DNA of 60,153 nucleotides, filler included. It is 8 parts of 8 records of this genome, joined end to end, with 100 filler letters (N's around TTAATTAATTAA, not from the genome) between each part and the next. Parts side by side here need not be neighbours in the genome. Positions count along the whole stretch, not along the records: positions 27,338 to 41,411 come from SRR31147125_52690; positions 41,512 to 48,047 come from SRR31147125_52768; positions 48,148 to 54,099 come from SRR31147125_52837; 5 more parts are not named here. One strand, 5' to 3'. This document shows, in pieces, positions 40,862-51,400 of this stretch. The notes under the pieces are model-generated. The model did not search any database, had not been told where the DNA came from, and worked only from the letters and a program-made list of their open reading frames with translations. The position numbers were made by a program, and so were the translations under genes. Positions within the stretch are counted from its first letter, which is position 1. Every line of letters begins with the position of its first letter.

Positions 40862-41411
40862 CTATTCCTCGCTATACTCCATGTCGTTTCCACCTATGCG
40901 CAGCACCTTCAGCGTATTCGTCGTTCCGACCGTGTTCAGCGGTAGACCCGCCGTGATGACAACCCGGTCACCGATTTCGATCAACCCTTCCTCCAGCGCC
41001 TGGCTGGTACTGAAGCTGATCTGCTGGTGCAAGCTGTTCGAGTGCGTGCAGATTCTCGGAATAACGCCCCGAATGAGTTGCAGCTTGCGCAGCGTCGCGG
41101 GGAGTGAACTGAATGCGAGAACCGGCGTCCTGGGCCGGTAGCGGGCAACCCGCAGGGCGGTGGAACCGGACGTCGTGGCGGTGATGATCGCCGCCGCGGA
41201 GAGGTCGGCGGCGGTGGCGCAGGACGCATAGGAAATCGCATCGGTGATGACCGGTCTCCGGAACCGGAGGCCGTCTGCCAGGATGGCATCGTAATCGAGC
41301 GCCTCCTCGCTGGTGCGGGCGTTGCGGGCGAGAAACTCGACGGCCTCGACCGGGTAGCTGCCGACGGCGGTCTCCCCGGAGAGCATCACCGCGTCGGTGC
41401 CGTCGAAAATC
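40862..41411 (-). CDS. pyk: Pyruvate kinase (5'-partial)
   Basis: DGTDAVMLSGETAVGSYPVEAV, TTSGSTA, ARYRP, GTTN. Confidence 0.95.
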
Positions 41412-41511
41412 NNNNNNNNNNNNNNNNNNNNNNNNNNNNNNNNNNNNNNNNNNNNTTAATTAATTAANNNNNNNNNNNNNNNNNNNNNNNNNNNNNNNNN
41501 NNNNNNNNNNN
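41412..41511. other. Artificial contig spacer 5
   Basis: N44-TTAATTAATTAA-N44. Confidence 0.98.
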
Positions 41512-42543
41512 GCCGCAGCAGAAGTTGTTGGATTTGTTGGGAGTCATGTCGATGAAGTTCTCTTCACCAACAACGGATTTGACCACAAAGCGCAGATCAT
41601 CGGCAATGGCATCGCCATAAGATTTTCTGACAATCTGACAGGGATCCTGCACGGTGAATTTAATTTTCAAGTCTTTGTTCCAGTCGGAGTTGACCTTCAG
41701 TTTCCCTTCCCGGATCCACTTCGCATAGTATTCGTAGATGTTTTTAACTTGAAAATCGTGTTCGATGTCAAATCTTTTCAGTCCTGCCAGGACTGAGTAG
41801 GTCACGTGCCCTCATTCGGTGTTGAGGAACGTCTTGCACCCCACTTTCGATGCTGCCTCGGCACTCTGTCTGGTGAGATGTTCCCATGCCTCATCATCGG
41901 AGAGAAACATACAGTAATTTTCTCCAGCCCACCCTTTGCTGGTGTAGGTCCAGTCGGCGCCGACCAGATGAAGGATTTTCCATAGCGGTATCAGCTCGTC
42001 AGGTTCCGTTACCGGTTCCCTGGAATTTTGGTTCAATACAAATTCAGCACCAATTTTATCGATGGGGGCTTCCATTTCGGCAAACTCAGGCTGTGCTTCC
42101 TGGTACTCTTCCAACACGTCGCTGACAACAAACTCAAAATCATCCACAGGGGTCCCCATGGCGCTTCCGGATTCATTGGAAAGCGCTGCGTCGCAGGATC
42201 CCAAGATTCCTTTGGGGCGAGTCTCTCTAGGCCATGATTGTCTTGCATAATAGACCAGTTGAGGAATGTTGATTTCCATGGGGCAGACATGAACGCATCG
42301 CATACACATGGAACACATCCAAGCCCAGTTACTGGTGAGGAGCTCCTCATCCATGCCGAGAGCTGCCATGCGTAGAAATTTTCTGGGATCCATGCCTTCG
42401 AGGCCGGTGGCCGGACAGCCCGAGGAACAGGCTCCGCAGGTCAAGCAGGCATTGAGGTTTCCGCCGTTGGGCAGAAGTGCCATCACCTTGTCTTTAAACA
42501 CGCTTTTGTGTTTTTTTTTGATTTTAATTACTGGATCACCCAT
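41512..42543 (-). CDS. HdrD/GlpC-like Fe-S oxidoreductase, predicted selenoprotein (3'-partial)
   Basis: ATG 42543 with AGGAG RBS; CLTCGACSSGCP and CSMCMRCVHVCP; in-frame TGA 41812-41814 in NTE-U-GH; frame continues to QDPCQIVRK and NFCCG. Confidence 0.88.
41778..41796 (-). promoter_or_regulatory. Bacterial SECIS-like hairpin
   Basis: TCAGTCCT-GGC-AGGACTGA, a perfect 8-bp stem with G-containing loop, 15 nt after the UGA. Confidence 0.8.
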
Positions 42544-42688
42544 TCCGGATATCTCCTTGAGTGTTGAAATTGAAATGAAATTTGATGTTGGTTTTTGACG
42601 AAAGGCCAACAGAGAAAAATTGGGCCTTTTCACTCCTTGCCTTTTCCATCCGTTTAATGATGGTTGATGATGAGTTATATCTTAAAAG

Positions 42689-42742
42689 TTATTGGCAATG
42701 TATCGCTTAAAATTGCTTTTAAGTCAATACTTATTGGCAATA
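42689..42742. promoter_or_regulatory. Pair of palindromic operator-like sites
   Basis: TTATTGGCAAT at 42689-42699 and 42731-42741 in the AT-rich divergent intergenic region. Confidence 0.5.
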
Positions 42743-42908
42743 CTTCAGAAGTTTTTTAAAATGTACAGAGTTGGGAGATGGGAATAGGTAAATTGTCATT
42801 TGGGGGTTAAAATTGTCTATTGAGATGGAATTTTTTTTATTTCAATAGGTTATTGGAGTGTTAAATAGAGTTGACTTTTACCCTCACTATAATAGAATCC
42901 AAAAAATT

Positions 42909-45900
42909 ATGAATCATTATAAGCAAATCAGACAGATTGAAAAATTATTGGATCGGGTGATGTGCTCTGATCGTCCCGGTGTGATCAGAGAGCTCAAGCA
43001 GGTCAAAAAAATCTCCGGCTGGAGCAAAAAAAAGAGATAAGCTCGGTATCCAAAGGGCAAAAAAGGTCTTCTACAGCAACTCAAACTCTCCAGAGAATTG
43101 AAAGGGTGTTAAAACGAGTTGACGCTTCTGTTCAAAGATCGGCAGAGCGTCGGGCATCTATGCCTAAGATCTCTTTGATACCGGAATTGCCCATTACGGA
43201 TAAAAAAGATGAGATCGTCGAGGCCATCAAAGCCAATAGAGTCGTGATCATCTCCGGGGAGACCGGTTCCGGAAAGACGACGCAGATCCCCAAGTTTTGC
43301 ATGGCCGCCGGAAAAGGGGTCAATGGGACCATTGGATGTACCCAGCCCAGAAGAATTGCCGCCATGAACGTCTCTGCCAGAATCGCCGAAGAGCTGGCAG
43401 AGCCCCTGGGGCAATCCGTTGGATACAAAATTCGGTTTGACGATCGGGCGGCACAAAATTCCATTGTCAAGGTGATGACAGACGGTATTTTGCTTGCTGA
43501 AACCCAAAAAGACGGCTGGCTCAATGAGTACGATACCCTCATCGTTGACGAGGCCCATGAGCGGAGCCTCAACATCGATTTCATCCTGGGAATTCTCAGG
43601 GATCTGATTCAAAAACGCCGGGATCTTACTCTGGTGATCACTTCCGCTACTATCGATACGGAGAAGTTTTCCAAAGCCTTTGACAATGCTCCGGTCATCG
43701 AAGTGTCCGGCCGTATGTATCCGGTGGAGGTGCGGTATATGCCGGTCCATGGGCATGATGATCCGGAACAGGATGATCAGGGCTATGTAGAGGCGGCTTG
43801 TGACGCCGTGGAGATGATCCAGCGGGAGTCCCGCAGCGGCGATATTCTCATTTTCATGCCCACGGAGCAGGATATTACCGAGGCCATCGAAATTCTTCGG
43901 GGGAGACGGTATGTGGGCGTCTCGGTACTTCCCCTCTATGCCCGTCTTTCTGCAGGGGAGCAGAGCAAGATTTTCCACCGGGGGCCGGGACGGAAAATCA
44001 TCGTCTCCACCAATGTGGCGGAAACCTCATTGACCATTCCCGGGATTAAATATGTGGTGGATACCGGTTTTGCCAGAATTCCCCATTACTCCCCCCGAAC
44101 CCGCACGACGGCACTCCCCGTCACCCCCATTTCCAGAAGTAGTGCCGATCAGAGAAAGGGGCGGTGTGGGCGTGTGGCCAACGGCATCTGTATTCGTCTC
44201 TACGATGAGGATGATTTTGCTTCCCGTCCGCTATTTACCTCTCCGGAAATTTTGCGCAGTAACCTGGCTGAGGTTATATTGCGGATGATCTCCCTTAGAT
44301 TGGGAGATGTGGCTGCCTTTCCATTCATTGATGCGCCGGCTCCCAAATCAATTAAAGATGGATTTGATACGTTGCTGGAACTTGGGGCCATTGTCGTTCA
44401 AAAGAATAAGCGAAAGGAGTTTGGAAAAGCGAATCAAAGGACTCGGCAAAAGAATATGCAAGGGGACCTGTCAAAAGAGACCCAGGGAGAATTGCCAATA
44501 GATTCCCAAAGGGATCGGAAAAAAGAGAAAAAAGAAGGCAAGCGCTACGTCCTTACGGAAAAAGGCCGGGTCATGGCCGGTATTCCCGTAGATCCCAAGC
44601 TCTCCAGAATCCTCATCGAGGCGGATGAGCGAGGTTGCCTTGACGAGGCCGTCATCATTGCATCGGCCCTCTCCATTTCCGATCCGCGGCAGCGCCCCCA
44701 GGATAAAACCCAGCAGGCGGATCAAAAACATGCGCTGTTCAAAGATCCGGCATCGGATTTCATTTCTCTTCTCAATGTCTGGAACGCCTATCATGAGGCC
44801 CAGCAACGCTTGAAAAGCCGAAGCAAAGTGAGAAAATTCTGCAACGACCATTTTTTATCCTTTAAACGGCTTCGGGAGTGGAGCGATATTCATCGACAGA
44901 TTCTCTCCGTTCTGAGGGAGCATGGGATCAAAGGAAAGAAAAAAATCTCCATCGCTTCCGGTACCAAGGGGCTCAAAGCCAAAGCGTTTGATATTGGGGG
45001 CCATTTTTATACCGAGCTTCATAAGTCGCTGTTGAGCGGATATCTTGGCAATATCGGACACAAAAAAGAGAAGAATCTCTATCATGCCGCCAAAGGGCAA
45101 AAGGCGATGATCTTTCCCGGATCCGGTCTTTTCAATAATGCCGGGAACTGGATCGTGGCTGCCGAATATGTGGAGACCTCTCAGCTTTTTGCCAGAACGG
45201 TGGCCACCATCGATCCGGGATGGTTGGAAGAGCTGGGAAGGGATCTTTGCACATTCACTTGGTCATCCCCCCATTGGGAGAAAAAGAGGGGGAGGTGGTG
45301 GCGTCGGAGCAGATCTCTTTGTTCGGGCTTATTATCGTGCCGGAACGTTCCGTGGCTTACGGAAAGATCAATCCTTCCGAAGCCGGGGAGATATTTATCC
45401 GAAGTGCTTTGGTCGAGGGGGAGGTGATGCGCCCTTTTCCATTTATGCAGCATAATCACGCATTGATGGAGGAACTTCGGCAACTGGAAGAGAAGACCCG
45501 GAAGCGGGATATTCTGGTGATGGAAGAGGATATCTTTCTCTTTTATCAGAACCGGTTGGATCGGGATTTCTTCAATATCCGCACCTTTGCCAAATTTTTG
45601 AAAGACAAGCGGGACGACGCTTTTCTACGGATGACCCTGGAAGATCTTCAGCAAAAGCCCGTGGATGAGGTGGATCTCAGCGGTTTTCCCGATGCCCTTT
45701 GTATGGGGGCGCTGGAGTTCGGGCTGGAGTACGGGTTTGAACCGGGAGCGGAAAAAGACGGTATCACGTTGAAAGTACCGGTACCGGCGGCTGCATCAGT
45801 GGATCCCCAGGCCCTGGAGTGGCTGGTTCCGGGGCTATTCAAGGAAAAGGTGACGGCGCTCATCAAGAATCTTCCCAAATCCCATCGGGTGAAGCTGCTG

Positions 45901-47141
45901 CCTGCATCGGAAAAGGCCAAGATCATTGCCGAAGAGCTGTCCGATGCCCATCATCGAGGACGATTGCAGGGACGGCCCCTGTTTTCGGAGCTCAGTCAAT
46001 TTGTCAAACAGCGGTTCAATGTCGACATTCCTGCATCGGCCTGGTCGGACGAAGCGCTGGAAGATCATCTGAAAATGCGCATTTCCATCCGGGATGATCA
46101 GGATCAGGAGATGACGGCATCTAGAAGCAAATCGTTGCTGAAGGAATATGCCGATGGGGAGAAGAGCGTCCAGACCGGGGAGGATGCATTTGAAGCGGCA
46201 AAACAGCAACATGAAAGGGACGATGTCCACTCCTGGGATTTTGGCACTCTTTCTCGATCCATCACCATTGAGGGGGCATTTTCAACCTCTTCCACCGAAG
46301 ACTCAGACCCGGACCGTTCACCTCCGCTCACCTATGAACTTTTTCCTGCATTGACCGTGGAGGAAGATCGGCTGGCGTTGCGTCTGTTCAAAAAAGAGGA
46401 TACGGCCATCCACTCCCATAAAGACGGCGTTCGAAGGCTCTTTATCCACACTTTTGAAAATGACTTCAATGCCCTTAAAAAAGATATCAGAAGTGCCGCC
46501 CGCTTGAAACGGTATGGGGCCTTTTTTGGCGGGGGGAGCTATTGAATCAAGCGCTGTTTACATCCGTCACCACCCATTTGTTTGCCCGGGACATTCGAGA
46601 TCGGGATGCCTTTGACGCCCATGCCGCGTCTTCTCTGCCTCTTCTTTATAAAACCGGCCAGACACTGGTTTCTGCAGTCACTCGCCTTTGTGAAGCCCAT
46701 GAGGAGACCCGGGCGGTCATCAAACAATTGAGCATCAAAGGAAAGAAAAGACCCCGGCTTTCGGCATTGGCCGAGCAGCTTCAAAGGGATCTGGATTCAC
46801 TGCTGCCCAAGGATTTTTTGGAGATCTACTCATTTGATCGGGTGGAGGCGCTGCCCCGGTATGTGTCTGCCATCAAAATCAGAGCCCAGCGGGCGGAGGT
46901 GGATCTGGTGCGGGATGGGAAAAAGGCCGCCGATGTGGAAGTCTACACCAAAAAACTGGAGCGGATGCTGGATGAGCTGGACAGCGAGACTTCCAGGGAA
47001 AAAGCAGATGCTGTGGAAGGGTTTTTCTGGATGCTGGAAGAGTATAAAGTGTCGCTGTTTGCTCAGGAATTGAAAACATCGGTTAAAATATCCCCTAAAC
47101 GCCTCAATACTCTTTGCAGTGAGATTGCACTGATGATATGA
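42909..47141 (+). CDS. hrpA: ATP-dependent RNA helicase HrpA (three homopolymer frameshifts)
   Basis: GETGSGKTTQ, TQPRRIAA, DEAHERS, SAT, STNVAETSLT, QRKGRCGR; C-terminal EWLVPG and WMLEEYKVSLFAQEL; breaks near 43030, 45290 and 46535. Confidence 0.93.
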
Positions 47142-47286
47142 ACGGGTAGGGGCATGGCCGTTAAGTTAGGTGGACTAAATTTTTCCCGGTTAAAATCCTT
47201 GAACAAGAAGTATCAATGAGTTGCTCCATCGATGAAAAGGGGAAAAATGTATGTTCCGGTACTTATTGTAAGTCGAGAATGTGATT

Positions 47287-48015
47287 ATGAAAGATGACCA
47301 TGCCGTATTGATCGTTACCGGCGATGAAAGCGCAGGAAAAAACATCGCCGCAATATTAAATAAGATTTCGGTGAGATCGTCTGTGGTGTCAACCGGTACC
47401 GATGCCCTCTCTTCGGTGGAAGACACGGATACTCCCTTTTCATTAATTTTCACGGATCAGACACTTCCCGACATGAAAGGGACGGATCTATTGGAACGGG
47501 TCAGCCGGGTTGTGCCGGATGCCTTTCGTTTTCTAGCTGCCGATCATGCCGATATCACCGCCATTGTGGATGCGGTGAATCGGGGAAAAATTCATAAATA
47601 CATTGCAAAACCATGGCAGGCAGAGCAGCTTCGAGGCGATATCCGGGCCGGGCTCAAACAGTATGAACTGATCATGGAATCTGAAGCGCTGTTTCATGTT
47701 GCCAAAGGGCAAAACATTAAACTCTTTAACCTCAATCGGGATCTTAAGCAAAGTGCGGAGCGTCAAACAAAAGAGCTTGAGGCGCTTGAAGAGAACATTC
47801 AAAAAACACGGGAAAAGCTGAAACAGTCCCCCCAATTATTTGACAGTAAAGCGCTCCTTGAAATGTCTCGATCCGTGGAGAAAATGATTAAATCTACCCG
47901 TGAAAAACAGCATGAGATGGGAAATCGACTCTATTTTGAAATGGTGAAGCTTCTCTACGCTCAGTTCAATGAGATTGCCGTTAAAAACGGGTTTGAACTT
48001 CGTTCGGGCAATTAG
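47287..48015 (+). CDS. Receiver-domain protein with coiled-coil C-terminus
   Basis: LIFTDQTLPDMKGTDLL, AVNRGKIHKYIAKPW. Confidence 0.82.
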   Translation: MKDDHAVLIVTGDESAGKNIAAILNKISVRSSVVSTGTDALSSVEDTDTPFSLIFTDQTLPDMKGTDLLERVSRVVPDAFRFLAADHADITAIVDAVNRGKIHKYIAKPWQAEQLRGDIRAGLKQYELIMESEALFHVAKGQNIKLFNLNRDLKQSAERQTKELEALEENIQKTREKLKQSPQLFDSKALLEMSRSVEKMIKSTREKQHEMGNRLYFEMVKLLYAQFNEIAVKNGFELRSGN

Positions 48016-48047
48016 TTCCTTGCATCTCGATTCTTGTCGAAAAAAAC

Positions 48048-48147
48048 NNNNNNNNNNNNNNNNNNNNNNNNNNNNNNNNNNNNNNNNNNNNTTAATTAAT
48101 TAANNNNNNNNNNNNNNNNNNNNNNNNNNNNNNNNNNNNNNNNNNNN
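48048..48147. other. Artificial contig spacer 6
   Basis: N44-TTAATTAATTAA-N44. Confidence 0.98.
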
Positions 48148-48180
48148 GGTGCATGAGTGGCAGTGACGTGTGGCCGACTT

Positions 48181-48251
48181 CCCCCCACCCCCACCCCCAC
48201 CCCCACCCTTCTCTCTCAACCTTCTCCGCCCACACACACACACACACACAC
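48181..48251. repeat. Microsatellites (CCCCCA)4 and (CA)10
   Basis: Read directly at 48181-48208 and 48231-48251. Confidence 0.9.
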
Positions 48252-48417
48252 CACCTCTTCACTCTCAACTACACTGCCTACACACCCATAGCTGCTGCTG
48301 AAAGGACGCGAGAGGGGAAAGGAAGGAAGGACAGACACAATTCCTTTTCCTCCTGCTGCCTTCCTTGTCACAGGGAACGTGGAGAATACGTGGCAGATGA
48401 GATCCATCTGTACAGAA

Positions 48418-51400
48418 TCACTTCCATGCCGTTCGGGGACTACAACAGTGTGAAAGGGGTACAGGACGATGAACGCCGGCCTCTCCACTATGACTCCACG
48501 TCCAACACAAGGGCTTTGCACAATAGTATCGTTCACCTTTGGGACATTGGAGACACACCTGATGAAGGCAACACACCGTCGTCAGAGTCGTCCGTTGTCG
48601 TCGTCGTCGTCACACATCACACTCTTTCACGTACACGCTCCGCTAGTTCCCCACATTTGCATCGCATGGAAGATTTCACTGGAACACCATGTCTTGGAGA
48701 CCCACGAGGGTCACGTGGAGACGGTACTTGGAAGACAGCATTCAAACGATCCGACACCTGTTGTTGTTGCTGTTGTTGCTGAACACCATGAGGAGCATGG
48801 GGTTGCAGACTCGTATCCACTTCAAGGGGGGCAATGCCCAGTCGTTCACTTTGAATGGAAGGATGTTGAGGAATCCGTCGCCCTCGTATAGATCCAACTA
48901 CGAGGAGCGATCAGGGGCGGCCGAACGAGAAGGGGCAGAAAGGAAAGACACCCAGACCCAGAACGCACCAACATCCATACTCTCATCTTCACCCAAAGAA
49001 GAAAAGGATCTTGTGCGTGTTGTGGTGAATCCCATGGGGGTGCGAGGTTCCCAAACGGGTGCATCGCGTAATGGATTTAACGTAGTTAACCGAGTTAAGC
49101 TGCGTTCCAGTTTGGGATGATGGGTCTTTCGTCGACGATCGCGAAGTGTAGTCTTTGTGGGAACCACGGGGGCATCTCCTCGAGAAGCTGGCTTGGGTGC
49201 TGCTGCTGCTGCACGAGAAGTTCGACGACCGTGCCAAATCGTTAGAATGACAAGGAATCCAAGAAACACCGTCAGACCCATAAGAATCAACACACTCTCG
49301 TAATCCTACAAACACACCAATCAGGACACACACACGCACAGACAAACACGTACGCGACCCAAAAGTCTTCCCGTAGCATGCAAGGATGCGCCTTGCGTAA
49401 AACCCGTAGATCCGTCGGGAGCCTCAACCATTGTTGCAACCATCGCTGGAAACGTAAAGTTGAACATGTAGCTAACTCGGCGGGTTTCCACAGGACTGAG
49501 CCAACACGGATCATCTGCAAGCCATGCCCGAACAAGACACTCAACATGAGTGATACGAGTGCAACACAGAGGCGTGAGATACAAGCGAGCTTGCCATATC
49601 CGGTGAGCATCTCCCAATCCAGGCAGGAGAACAGGTTCAACCCATCGTTCCTCACTGTTTCGCTCCAATACAACAATCTCTGCTGTTGAAGAACTGCAAT
49701 TCATCGAGGAATACAAGTTCGCAGAGCCTTCCAACGGATTCCGAAACGCAACATCAAGCAGACGCCAGAGATATGTTCCCGCGTACATGGGTGACTGAAT
49801 CCATTCCGTGGGTGTTAAATCAAACATAAGACCGGGCTCAGGTTTCCCAGCACAAGGACCAGAGGGACCGGAACACGTAACAGCCTGCTCATGCACCTTA
49901 CCCCACGGGGACCAACAATCGGAGTCATGTGCAACAGATGCATGAAGAACACATGCAACAGGTGCTGTCATAGCATCCCGATCATCCGCATAGAACTCGG
50001 CAGGGAAAAACCCCTCCACCAGAAAGTCAAAGTAGTGAGCGGCAAGTCCTTCCAGTTCAGTGACCTGAGACGCACTGTCCACAATACGAGTCTCCACCCC
50101 TCGTCTGTGGTTGGTTCACAGTCAAGAGTTGCAGTGAACGTTCCAGAAACGAATCCACCATTCCGAATCTGGGATCGTACCCAGCGGAAAAGATGGCGAT
50201 CCTCAAGAGGCCGAGGAGAGGTGTCGGTCTTATTGCTGAACCAAGGACCAAGGACAACATCCAGCGGATTCTCCATGTCTGCCAACGCCTCTTGTGGTTC
50301 TGTACGCCAAAATTCAGCTGGAAGGACCAAGAACGGCTCGGCTAGGGGAGAAATCACCAGGGGCAAACAATCGACAACCGGTCGGTCAAGATCAAAGGAC
50401 AAGGGAGCACTCTTTCCCAGGGAAGACCAGCATGGATGCTCTTCCAGAGAAATCATCACAAGCGCCGTACACAAAACACGAGACGGGACCGTTCGAGGCC
50501 AACTGGACAGGATCAGCGTTGTGGTGATTGTCTCTCCGTTAGCTGTTTTCTCAACGGCAAGTATAGTGTGCGAGGGTGTAGCCGTCACCATATACTCGTC
50601 TTCAGGGTCCTCTTGACACGTTAGGGATACATCAACACGGACATCTTCGGTGATGAGAGGTTCACAGATAACACGAACGTGCACCTCCACTTGACTTTCG
50701 AACAACGCAGTAGTCTCATAGTCTTCCGTGATCGTCCAGTTCCCAATGGTTAGAACATTCGTGGAGGCAGGTACAGGATTCGGTACGACGCTCCACCCCA
50801 AGTATCCCCCGTACAAAAAGGCCTCCTCAAGATAATCGGGAACAGGAGGGCACAGCGTCACAGGAGGTTCAAGAAGTACCAGATCCGTGTACGCCTTCCC
50901 AATGGTGGACCAACACGTATCGAGAGGATCAATCCACACAGACAACGAACATTCAACAGTAGGTCGTCGGATAAGGGATGGCTCGGCCTGAATCGTCCAC
51001 CGTGCCTCACAGGAACTCGCAGCAGTAAGGGTACACACAGTGTTGTTAGATCGCGGAGGATCCGAAAAGAAAATGGCACCAGCTGAACACGTCAAACTGG
51101 CATGAAATGTTCCCGTCGAACCTCCACCATTGTGGAGCACAGCAACAAACTCCGATTCCACCACAACAGCAACTCGAACGGCAGTGGAAGCCCACACCCA
51201 CTCGTCCACTCCCGTGGAAAACGGATCTAGGAGGGAGTGCAGGACTTGAGAATCAGCTTCCCAATCCGAGGGTGGAAGAACGAGAAGGGGCTCAGCATAC
51301 ACGTTCGTTGTGGGAGAACACTGCCCCGTTGGAAGGGACAGAGTGGTATCCGTTGTCAATTCTTTGCCCAGGGACGACCAGCACACATCGCCCTCTACCC

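Noticed and set aside
48153-49120. Plus-strand ORFs with PHPHPH, HTHTHT, poly-V, poly-C and poly-L
   Set aside because: These are translations of microsatellites and antisense to the spliced minus-strand gene.
50090-50105. A fourth intron explaining the frame change in the repeat exon
   Set aside because: Adding one G to the 4-G run gives the seamless reading TTDEGVETRIV with normal repeat length; no GTRCGT donor is present.
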